Part shown: positions 29,718 through 37,842 of the stretch, in pieces
How positions within the stretch are numbered: position 1 is the first letter of the stretch
Layout of the letters: every line of letters begins with the position of its first letter
NCBI GenBank assembly: GCA_018696595.1
Contig: JABHQW010000003.1
Coordinates: forward strand, 247,757 to 311,756
DNA from: Candidatus Woesearchaeota archaeon
GTDB lineage: Archaea; Nanobdellota; Nanobdellia; Woesearchaeales; GW2011-AR9
Reading direction: 5' to 3'
DNA length: 64,000 nucleotides
Notes under the pieces: generated by a model
Told to the model about the DNA's origin: nothing
Databases searched by the model: none
The model's input: the letters and a program-made list of their open reading frames with translations, nothing else
Position numbers and translations under genes: made by a program

Positions 29718-30230
29718 ATGAAAGAATTATTAAGAGAAGTTTATTTCTTTAAAGGATTAGATGATGAACAAATTGGTCAAGTTTGTGGCATTTCTATGTT
29801 TTCCACTTATCAACCAGGAAAAATAATTATTACTGAAGGAGCAATAGATGATAAATTTTATATCATTCAATCTGGAGGAGTAGAAGTTTATACGAAACCT
29901 TTTCTTGAAGCGGAGAAACAAATATTAGCCACATTAGGAGCAGGAAATTTTTTTGGAGAAGTTGCTGCAATCTTTGGTAGACCAAGAACAGCTTATATTG
30001 CTGCAACAGATCAAACTTATGCTTTAGAAGTTGATGGAACAGAACTGAAAAATTTGATGAGAGATAACTCATCACTGGGATCTTTAATTATGTATGGAAT
30101 TGCAGAAGAATTAGCACGAAGACAAGAAACATCTAATAAAAGAGTAAAGGATCTTGAAATTGAAAAGAATACTTTGGCAGCAAAGTTGCACATAGCTGAG
30201 ACTAAAATTCCAAGAAAGAAACGTGATTAA
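29718..30230 (+). CDS. Stand-alone cyclic nucleotide-binding domain protein
   Basis: IIITEGAIDDKFYIIQSGGVEV, GNFFGEVAAIFGRPRTA (intact phosphate-binding cassette); C-terminal coiled coil, no HTH. Confidence 0.88.
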   Translation: MKELLREVYFFKGLDDEQIGQVCGISMFSTYQPGKIIITEGAIDDKFYIIQSGGVEVYTKPFLEAEKQILATLGAGNFFGEVAAIFGRPRTAYIAATDQTYALEVDGTELKNLMRDNSSLGSLIMYGIAEELARRQETSNKRVKDLEIEKNTLAAKLHIAETKIPRKKRD

Positions 30231-30273
30231 ACAGTAATATTTATATAAGATTTCTTGATTTTCTATGTTTATT

Positions 30274-30411
30274 GCCCCTGTGGCCTAGCGGTATGGCGTT
30301 GCATTGGTAAATCTTAACTTAGTTTTCGTTAAGTTCAAAGATGCAGAGATCCCGAGTTCAATTTCCGTAAGGGAGTTACAAACCCTTCGTTTGAAAGTCT
30401 CGGCAGGGGCT
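30274..30411 (+). tRNA. tRNA-Thr(GGT) with two introns: 37/38 (30310-30340, 31 nt) and 59/60 (30363-30397, 35 nt)
   Basis: Acceptor stem GCCCCTG/CAGGGGC+T; anticodon stem TTGCA/TGCAG with loop TTGGTA|A; T stem CCGAG/CTCGG; BHB cores TTGG/TCAA and TTCA/TGAA; T-run terminator follows. Confidence 0.9.
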
Positions 30412-30456
30412 CTCTTTTTTTCAATAAACTTTAAAAATAAAACCAACTTCTAAGCA

Positions 30457-30589
30457 TTGCTTATCTCATTAGGTATAGCTTAGCCCCTTTGTGGGCACTT
30501 TGCTTTCCAGTTACCCTTTACAGACCTAGTGCTGTATTTCGGGCCCGGGAGGATACCTTTTACAACAGCAACCCTTTTGAGATAAGCAA
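30457..30589. ncRNA. Unidentified structured RNA (about 133 nt)
   Basis: GC-rich island closed by a perfect 12-bp stem TTGCTTATCTCA/TGAGATAAGCAA and an inner stem AGGTAT/ATACCT, plus GCCC/GGGC, GCACT/AGTGC and TACAG/CTGTA complementarities. TTTAAAAA at 30430 is about 30 bp upstream on +. Confidence 0.6.
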
Positions 30590-30602
30590 CTTAATTCTCA
30601 AC

Positions 30603-30707
30603 AGAAGTAAGTAATATGTCTACTTTGCCAATGGAGGCACATGGCACACTAATTAAAAAATTTAACAGGTGCCATAATCGTGCCGTGCAAGTTGATATAT
30701 TACTTCT
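30603..30707 (+). ncRNA. Repeated bulged-hairpin motif, copy A
   Basis: AGAAGTAA/TTACTTCT outer stem; core CAATGGA-GGCAC-AT...AT-AATC-GTGCC-GTGC. Related to copy B at 37095. Confidence 0.55.
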
Positions 30708-30750
30708 AAACAAAAGAAATTCTTATATAACAAACAACTAAACAAATTCC

Positions 30751-31674
30751 ATGCTAAATCAAATATCACAAGAAATTAAATCCATGATTAACAGTTTCTC
30801 TGCAGAAGATAATATAGTTTTCAATAACAAAGTCATCAGAATAAACAAAGATAATTTCCAAGAGATAGTCCTAAATGAAAACAAAACACTAGCTTTCATC
30901 GATGGTGGACAAGCAGAGATAATCTCAACTGGAAACTTCTGCCTCTCTTTCATCAGAATAGCAGCTGTTTTCTTTCAAAACAATAAAAAAATCAACCAAA
31001 TTAAGAAAGAATTCTATTTGTTTACTAAATCTAAATACTTAAACGAAGATTTATACTATGAATCAAAGATATTTGGAAACAAAATAATCAATGAAGAAGA
31101 TTTATTAATCTCTTCTAATGATTCCAGTATTAAAACAGGATCAGAACGAGCACCAATTTCTAAAATAACAAACATGGCTAGAAGATTTGCAGAATTATCT
31201 TTAGCAAAAGAAATCCAAGCAGACCACATTATCTTAGATGGTACTTTAGAACCAACTTTTAAGAATGAAGAAAAATATATTCCCAATAATGCTTCAGCCC
31301 TAGCAAAATCATCATCTCTATTCACAACATCAGGAAATTCGCCAGTAATTCTCTTAAATAAAATAGGATTAAGTAATTGTTGGAGTTATTTCTTAGAGAA
31401 TAAAACTTATTTTGTAAAATTGAATCAGAAAGCCAAACATGTCTTCCGATTTGAAGGTAATAGAGAAGCTCTCCCCCATTTAGTTAGTAATTCTAAAGAT
31501 GCTTTGTTCCTTGGTTATCCGTATGGATTAATCTTTGTGGATCAGATAGCTAGAGTTTCAAATTCTGAAAAGAATTCTTTGAAAATGAATTTCTTGTTGA
31601 GAAAAGATAATCAGGAAATTGCTGAGTATTTGTCTACGAGTAACGCCCATGAGATATTGGATAATATTTCTTAA
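30751..31674 (+). CDS. nurA: NurA-family DNA double-strand break repair nuclease
   Basis: AFIDGG, LDGTL, GYPYGL..VDQIARVS...HEILD. Confidence 0.8.
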   Translation: MLNQISQEIKSMINSFSAEDNIVFNNKVIRINKDNFQEIVLNENKTLAFIDGGQAEIISTGNFCLSFIRIAAVFFQNNKKINQIKKEFYLFTKSKYLNEDLYYESKIFGNKIINEEDLLISSNDSSIKTGSERAPISKITNMARRFAELSLAKEIQADHIILDGTLEPTFKNEEKYIPNNASALAKSSSLFTTSGNSPVILLNKIGLSNCWSYFLENKTYFVKLNQKAKHVFRFEGNREALPHLVSNSKDALFLGYPYGLIFVDQIARVSNSEKNSLKMNFLLRKDNQEIAEYLSTSNAHEILDNIS

Positions 31675-31729
31675 TGTAATTACTACTTACCAGTAAGATT
31701 TATAAAAACGTCCTCTTCTAAACGTATTA

Positions 31730-32617
31730 ATGACTTATAAATCCTATTTCAATCAATTAGCAGCAAGAGAACAAATTGAACCATTAAAAGAAGCAATCGA
31801 AATAACAATTGATTTAAGTTACGCAAGTAGTGTTCTTTTCCAACAGTATCCAATAGACAAACCCTTTGAGGAACTAATAGTCTATCAAGTCTTAGATGAA
31901 CTTGCCGATCTTTCTGAACAACATGAGTCAGCAGAAGGTTTAGCAAAATTAATTTGGTATCCAGCAAAAGTCATTTGTGCTGTTATGGACCATAAAATAC
32001 TACATAAAGAAGAAGGCCAGTACATTAAAGAAGCAACCGAATTAGCACTTGGCATTTACAATGGAGAAGCCACAAGAGAAGAAATTCTTGCTTTAAAAGA
32101 TAAATTCATGAGTGATGAAAAAAATAAAGTGGGTTTTTCAAGATTAGATATTTACGGTAAAAAAATTGCTGATCAAAGGTCTTGCAAAGCTATGGACCCA
32201 AAGTACAGTGAAAAGGCAGTAAAAAGTTTAACTGAAACTGTTAACGGGGAAGATATTTTATTCATTGCGTTAGGTAATGGGGGAATTGCCCCAGGTTTAG
32301 ATGTATTCCTGCGTTATTGCAACCAGAATGAAACAGATTCTACATTTTATCCGGTTCGTTTTTCCTCACATAAAAGAGCAGACCAAACACCCCAGCTCAA
32401 TGATTGGGAAGCAAAATATCTTCAAGAAGTAAGAGGAGATAAAAAAGTAGTAATATTTGATGAAGACACATCAAGCGGTTTAACTTTGAAAAGAAGTCAC
32501 GAATTCTTCTGTCCTAGTTTTGTTTCAGATAAAGACATTATTCTAATGACAAATGAAGAAGGAACTCTTGAAATAGATGACCTTTGGTATAATCAAATAA
32601 GAAAGAAATCAGCTTAA
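31730..32617 (+). CDS. Protein with C-terminal phosphoribosyltransferase-like domain
   Basis: IALGNGG and VVIFDEDTSSGLTL (PRPP-binding-loop-like); helical N-terminal half. Confidence 0.6.
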   Translation: MTYKSYFNQLAAREQIEPLKEAIEITIDLSYASSVLFQQYPIDKPFEELIVYQVLDELADLSEQHESAEGLAKLIWYPAKVICAVMDHKILHKEEGQYIKEATELALGIYNGEATREEILALKDKFMSDEKNKVGFSRLDIYGKKIADQRSCKAMDPKYSEKAVKSLTETVNGEDILFIALGNGGIAPGLDVFLRYCNQNETDSTFYPVRFSSHKRADQTPQLNDWEAKYLQEVRGDKKVVIFDEDTSSGLTLKRSHEFFCPSFVSDKDIILMTNEEGTLEIDDLWYNQIRKKSA

Positions 32618-32701
32618 TTATACTCTACAACAGCATAAACTTTATAATAGATTAACTTAAAGCTAACATATTAAAAATTTTTAAAAAGCAGGTGATGTTA
32701 A

Positions 32702-33478
32702 ATGAGAAGTATTTGTGTTATTAATCATAAAGGTGGAGTAGGAAAAACTACTACTGCCGTAAGTTTAGCTTCTGGATTGTCCAGAAATGATAAAAATGTT
32801 CTACTAGTGGATTTAGACCCGCAAAGTAATGTTAGTGTTTCACTAAAAGTAGATGCCCCATATAATTTATATGATGCTTTACAAGGAAATATTCCATTAA
32901 AAAGGTGTATTACAAATCTGGCTAAAAATCTTGACGTTTTGGCTTCTAAAGAAACTTTAGTAAAAGCAGAATATTTCTTAGCTAATAAGCTAGGATCAAA
33001 AATGCTTCTAAGAGATTTGTTAAATACCCTAGAACATGATTATGATTATATTATCATTGATTGTCCACCATCATTAGGAATATTAAATCAGAATGTGTTG
33101 GCTTTCTGTAAAGAAGCGTTTGTTCCAACATCTACTGATTTCTTAGGATTAGATGCTTTGAAGAAAATGCAGATCATTGTTGAAAAGATTAACTCTAACT
33201 ATAACCACAATATCAAGATAACTAAAGTTGTTCCAACATTCTTTGACAGAAGAACAAAGATTTGTAAAAATACTTTAATAGAAATGGAAAGAATGTTTAA
33301 TGGTGTTGTTGCTGACCCAATTAGAACTAATTCTAAATTAAGAGAAGCACCAATGCATGGTAAATCTATCTTTAATTATGCTAGATCTAGTAATGGAGCT
33401 AAAGATTATGAAAAATTGGTAGATGGCGTCTTGCAAATGGGTTCTATTAGGGTTACTGAAGAAACTATTATGGCTTAG
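32702..33478 (+). CDS. ParA/Soj-family ATPase
   Basis: NHKGGVGKTTT, LVDLDPQSN, IIDCPPSLG, LREAPMHG. Confidence 0.92.
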   Translation: MRSICVINHKGGVGKTTTAVSLASGLSRNDKNVLLVDLDPQSNVSVSLKVDAPYNLYDALQGNIPLKRCITNLAKNLDVLASKETLVKAEYFLANKLGSKMLLRDLLNTLEHDYDYIIIDCPPSLGILNQNVLAFCKEAFVPTSTDFLGLDALKKMQIIVEKINSNYNHNIKITKVVPTFFDRRTKICKNTLIEMERMFNGVVADPIRTNSKLREAPMHGKSIFNYARSSNGAKDYEKLVDGVLQMGSIRVTEETIMA

Positions 33479-33501
33479 TTCTTTTTTATTATTATTTTTC
33501 T

Positions 33502-34197
33502 TTATTTTTTTAAATATCCCTTCCTTTTTCCTTCTTCTAATCGTTCAATAGAATATCTTAACATCGTTCGAGGCATTTCAGCATAATGTTGATCCAAGAA
33601 TCCAGTTAAAATTTTTTCATCACGTTTCCCAATCTCACGTAACATCCAACCAACTGCTTTGTGAATCAAATCGTGCTTATCATTAAGTAATATCTCAGAA
33701 ATCTTCAAAGAATCTTTGAAATCTCCTAAGCGAATGAAAGCAAATGTTGCTAAAACAGAAATGCGCCGTTCCCACAATGAAGAGGATTTAACCAATTTAT
33801 ACAAAATGCTTCGATCATTGTCAACCAAATAAGCACCAACTGTTTTGGGAATAGTTACATCAACCAAATCCCAATTGTTAATATAGGCAGTATTCTTTAG
33901 AAAAAATTCATAAATCTCTTTTCTAGAATCAGTATCTTTCTCATATTTGTAAACCAACATCACCAAAGCACACATTCTAAATTCATGATATTTGCTTTTA
34001 ACTAACTCTTGAACAAAAGATAAAGTAATTTCCTTAAAGTATTTCTTAGCAATAACTCTAATTTGAGGCATAGTCAAACCTAAAAAAACGTCCCCTTCAC
34101 CATACTCCCCAGGCCCAGTCTTAAAGAATCCCTGGGAATGTTTAGCTCTTACAGGATCAGACGATTCATACAATTCCATAATTATTTGTTTCAACAT
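33502..34197 (-). CDS. DNA alkylation repair protein (AlkD family)
   Basis: FFKTGPGEYGEGDVFLG, NNWDLVD, WERRIS, DLIHKAVGWMLREIGKR. Confidence 0.9.
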   Translation of the reverse strand: MLKQIIMELYESSDPVRAKHSQGFFKTGPGEYGEGDVFLGLTMPQIRVIAKKYFKEITLSFVQELVKSKYHEFRMCALVMLVYKYEKDTDSRKEIYEFFLKNTAYINNWDLVDVTIPKTVGAYLVDNDRSILYKLVKSSSLWERRISVLATFAFIRLGDFKDSLKISEILLNDKHDLIHKAVGWMLREIGKRDEKILTGFLDQHYAEMPRTMLRYSIERLEEGKRKGYLKK

Positions 34198-34241
34198 ACA
34201 ATTACAAATATTTAAAAACATAAAAACATTTCCTTTTCAGT

Positions 34242-34808
34242 ATGTCTTTCCTAAACTTCCTAAAAAAAGAGCGTTTAATTTGGCACAGAAGGTTCATTCC
34301 CAGTTTAATTGCAGGCATTGCAGTTGGAATTATTACATTTTTCTTTGAAATGACCGCTTCAAATATAGTTATGTTTGCTTCTTTAGGTGCAAGTGCAGCA
34401 ATAATCACCCATAAACAGATTCATAAATTAAATATTCTAAGAACAGTTATCTTTTCTTACCTAATTTCTTTGATTGTTAGCGGAGTTGTTATATACTTGA
34501 TCCATCATTATTCCTTATCTTTTTCAATTGCTGCCTTGATTGCAGTATCATTAGCAACATTATTTATGTATTTGGGAGATGTTTTTCATCCGCCAGCAAT
34601 ATCTGCAGCTTTATCTTTTGTATTGTTAGATGGTGGATTTTGGGAAACAATTGTAATTTTCTTTTCTGTAATTGTTCTGTTAATCATTACTAAAATATTA
34701 ACTTATATTTTTTATTACGAACATTTAGAAATGCACAAGTTCAAGATGGAATTTAAGAAATTAGAACGGGAAGAAAAGAAGAAATGGAAAAGAATGTTTA
34801 AGAAATAG
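34242..34808 (+). CDS. HPP family membrane protein
   Basis: FASLGASA and FHPPA motifs; 4-5 TM helices. Confidence 0.85.
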   Translation: MSFLNFLKKERLIWHRRFIPSLIAGIAVGIITFFFEMTASNIVMFASLGASAAIITHKQIHKLNILRTVIFSYLISLIVSGVVIYLIHHYSLSFSIAALIAVSLATLFMYLGDVFHPPAISAALSFVLLDGGFWETIVIFFSVIVLLIITKILTYIFYYEHLEMHKFKMEFKKLEREEKKKWKRMFKK

Positions 34809-34981
34809 AATTCTAACATATTAAAAAAATAAAAAAAAAGAAATCTTGCCCATAAGATGATCCTTACAGGGGTGGTGTAAGAGAAATAATTTAAGGGCAA
34901 GATATATGAAAATGAGACACGCAACACTTTGCATGCCAACAACTACACCTCTTTTTCCCAGATTAAGGGAATACTTGTTCC

Positions 34982-36046
34982 TTAAACCAACTCGATTCCT
35001 AACTCTTTACTCAAAGTTTGTGCTCTTGTCTCAGATCTCTTTTGATCAACTTTACCTAAAATCCAAGGACTGTTAACTCCGGTAATGATTGTCATTACTG
35101 TTAGTTTTCCTTTCATGTTGTCATCTACTCTTGCTCCCCAGATTACATTAGCATCATCATCTAAAGATTCAGTTACTAATTCTCCAATCCGAGATACATC
35201 ATCCAAAGTCATGTCCGGTCCACCAGTAACATGAATCAAAGCTCCTGTAGCTCCTTCATAGCTAATATCTAGTAAAGGATTACTCAAAGCACCTTTTACA
35301 GCTTCATCAACTCTGTTATTAGTATCGGAAGAACCCACACCAATAGCTGCTACACCACCATTACTCATGATTGCTTTTACGTCAGCATAGTCTAAGTTAA
35401 CTAAACTTGGTACAGCAATAGTTTCAACAATTCCTTTAATCATAGTTGAAATTAACTCATTTGCAACAGAGAATGCTTGTTGAATTGGTAAATTACCAGC
35501 AATTTGTACTAATCTGTTGTTATCAATTACAATTACAGTATCACAAACTTGTCTTAACTGTTGTAATCCAAACTCAGCTTTATCACATCTTGCTCTTTCA
35601 ATGTTGAAAGGCATTGTTACAGTTCCGATTACAATTGCTCCAGTATCTTTAGCAACTTGTGCTACTACAGGTGAAGCTCCAGTTCCCGTTCCGCCACCCA
35701 TTCCTGCGCAAACAAAAACCATGTCAGAAGTTTTTAAAGCATCCTTAACAACAGTCATAGATTCCTGAGCTGCTTCTGCTCCTCTACTTGGGAATCCACC
35801 ACAGCCTAAACCACGAGTGCAATCTTTTCCAATTAAAAACTTTCGATCTGCTCCTGTAATGTTAAGATGCTGATGATCAGTATTAGTTGCAATAATCTCA
35901 GCTCCCTTTATTCCTTTCTTGTATAGCCAGCCAACCATATTGTTACCAGCTCCGCCAACGCCAATAACCTTAATATTAGCTTGACTCATGTTCTCAAAAT
36001 CGTGCTCTGGCGCGTTGTTCAGAGCGTTTTCCACGATAAAATCCAT
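34982..36046 (-). CDS. ftsZ: Cell division protein FtsZ
   Basis: IKVIGVGGAGNN, GMGGGTGTGASP tubulin signature, NLDYADV; RBS GAGGTG. Confidence 0.98.
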   Translation of the reverse strand: MDFIVENALNNAPEHDFENMSQANIKVIGVGGAGNNMVGWLYKKGIKGAEIIATNTDHQHLNITGADRKFLIGKDCTRGLGCGGFPSRGAEAAQESMTVVKDALKTSDMVFVCAGMGGGTGTGASPVVAQVAKDTGAIVIGTVTMPFNIERARCDKAEFGLQQLRQVCDTVIVIDNNRLVQIAGNLPIQQAFSVANELISTMIKGIVETIAVPSLVNLDYADVKAIMSNGGVAAIGVGSSDTNNRVDEAVKGALSNPLLDISYEGATGALIHVTGGPDMTLDDVSRIGELVTESLDDDANVIWGARVDDNMKGKLTVMTIITGVNSPWILGKVDQKRSETRAQTLSKELGIELV

Positions 36047-36091
36047 TTTTACACCACCTCAAATTTTTCCACCCTCAAGTGTGTTTTTTTT

Positions 36092-36117
36092 TGGAATATA
36101 TATATATATATACTCCA
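36092..36117. repeat. (TA)8 microsatellite inside the palindrome TGGAA-(TA)8-CTCCA in the ftsZ promoter/leader
   Basis: Seen directly, about 25-30 bp downstream of the minus-strand TTTATAAT box. Confidence 0.7.
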
Positions 36118-36343
36118 GCACACAAAAGATTATAAATGTGTTATACTTTTCTACTACTAGAATTAACCAAATTCGAAACCTATAACCAAAACCTAATTTA
36201 AACTGATAGAATTAACTTATAATTTTATCCAATACGTTTTTTCAAAGGTAACCAGCCTTTAAAACACCCAAACCTATTTTCTAGTAAAGTGCTCCCCCTA
36301 TATAAAGATTTCGCTTCTCAAATATTTAAGAAAATAATTGCAT

Positions 36344-37012
36344 TTAACGCTCTAAATTAAGTTTCTCTTTAACTTTATCGACGACAGAACTACTAACTTT
36401 TTGTAACGAAACTTTTGTGGCGTTTGCTTTTCTTGCCAGAATTGTAGCAGTATCATTCATATACTTTGCTGGATCCCTTAACCTTAATCTCCAAGAACCA
36501 AAATAAACAACCGTTTCTAAAGGATATTTAGGGGGTTTAGGAGGGACTTCTTTTGGATAACCAATAGCAATGATTGCTTGTGGTCGAACATCAGGAGGAA
36601 TCTTAAACATAGTCTTAAGCGCTTCCTCGTCAAAGCCACCAATCCATCTTGTTCCCAATCCAAGAGACTCGGCTTCTAATAACATATTTTGAATAGCAGC
36701 AGCGCAATTTTGTACAGAATAAAGCCGTTCTCCCCTTAAACCATAGTACCTTTCAGCTTTTTCTGGCTCTCCACAAACAATAATTAAAGTTCCTGCTTGT
36801 ATAATTTCATATTGTTTGTAAGCTGCTTCTGCAACTTGCTGTTTTTGATCAGGATCTGAGACTAAAAGAAACTTCCAGTTCTGTACATTTCCGCAACTAG
36901 GAGCATGTCTACCAGCGTCAATTATACGAGAAATTTTCTCCCAAGAAACATATTTAGGCATAAATGTCTTAATTGTACGTCTATTCTTAATTAAGTCTAA
37001 AATATCACCCAT
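36344..37012 (-). CDS. Nitroreductase family protein
   Basis: RRTIKTF, APSCGNVQNWKF, AAIQNMLLEAESLGLGTRWIGGF, IAIGYP. Confidence 0.92.
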   Translation of the reverse strand: MGDILDLIKNRRTIKTFMPKYVSWEKISRIIDAGRHAPSCGNVQNWKFLLVSDPDQKQQVAEAAYKQYEIIQAGTLIIVCGEPEKAERYYGLRGERLYSVQNCAAAIQNMLLEAESLGLGTRWIGGFDEEALKTMFKIPPDVRPQAIIAIGYPKEVPPKPPKYPLETVVYFGSWRLRLRDPAKYMNDTATILARKANATKVSLQKVSSSVVDKVKEKLNLER

Positions 37013-37094
37013 TTTAAATAAGTAATATCTTAAGGGTATTTATATTTAACGTTTTTTGTTAGAGTTAAAATGGTTAGTAACACCAATTTTAAGA

Positions 37095-37167
37095 CAAAAC
37101 ACCAGCGGCAATGGAGGCGCATAAATTTACAAAGGAAATTTATCACCGCGCCGCGCTCTGGTGTTTG
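37095..37167 (+). ncRNA. Repeated bulged-hairpin motif, copy B
   Basis: CACCAG/CTGGTG outer stem; core CAATGGA-GGCGC-AT...AT-CACC-GCGCC-GCGC, with a compensatory change relative to copy A. Confidence 0.55.
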
Positions 37168-37301
37168 CCAAAAATAAAAGTAAAGAAGATAAATATTTTA
37201 CTTTTTCTCCTTTAAATTTCTTTTATGAAATCTGATTTCAAATTTGAAATGTCTTTTCAAAAATAGAAATCTATTTAAATCCAAAATAATTTCTTAATCA
37301 A

Positions 37302-37823
37302 ATGGAACGGGGTGGCGTAATAGCAAAACTAATTGATTCTAAAAAAGCAGCTATACTAGGAGTAATCCTGAACTCCAAAGAAGAATTATATCTGAAAGAA
37401 GTTTCAGACAAAAGCAATGTTTCAATTACTTCAACTTTCAGAATTCTTAAAGAACTAATTGAATTAGATATTATTAATAAAAAAGAATGGAAAACTAGCA
37501 AGGTGTATTATTGCCAAAAAAATGGCAAAGTAGATTTTCTTAAAGAGTTGTTTATTCAAACATATGATGGATTATCAGATTTTGTTAAAGAAGTAGTAGA
37601 AATGGAAGGTGTAGAAAATATAGTCTTGCATGGCACTAAAAAGAAAAACAAAGCAAATGTCTTAGTTATTGGAAATAGTGTTGATGCGGACAAGATCGAT
37701 ATAATCTGCGAACAAATCAAGAACAAAGGATTTGAAATAACATTTATGCCACTTACTAAAGAGCAATATACCCAAATGGTTAAAATGGGCCTATATTCTG
37801 GTGAGAAAAAAGTATTAAAATAA
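37302..37823 (+). CDS. Winged-HTH protein fused to a degenerate nucleotidyltransferase-like domain
   Basis: ELYLKEVSDKSNVSITSTFRILKEL wHTH; IVLHGT...ANVLVIG resembles the MNT fold but lacks GS and DxD. Confidence 0.65.
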   Translation: MERGGVIAKLIDSKKAAILGVILNSKEELYLKEVSDKSNVSITSTFRILKELIELDIINKKEWKTSKVYYCQKNGKVDFLKELFIQTYDGLSDFVKEVVEMEGVENIVLHGTKKKNKANVLVIGNSVDADKIDIICEQIKNKGFEITFMPLTKEQYTQMVKMGLYSGEKKVLK

Positions 37824-37842
37824 AAAAAGAAAAAAGAAAAAA

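Noticed and set aside
30457-30589. Calling this RNA SRP, RNase P, 5S, SAM-I, ykkC, glmS or hammerhead
   Set aside because: Only fragments match (AGG-NNN-GNRA, GCCCGGGAGG, CTTATC/GATAAG). The diagnostic cores (CAGG/AGCA, GAGGAAAGUCC, CUGAUGA) are absent.
34715-34942. 75-aa ORF after a GAGGTG sequence downstream of ftsZ (SecE is often found here)
   Set aside because: No SecE-like sequence, and it overlaps the HPP gene and strong hairpins.
30627-37156. Fluoride (crcB) riboswitch identity for the GGCAATGGAG motif
   Set aside because: It lacks the short P1 partner and the 3' pseudoknot segment; the architecture differs.
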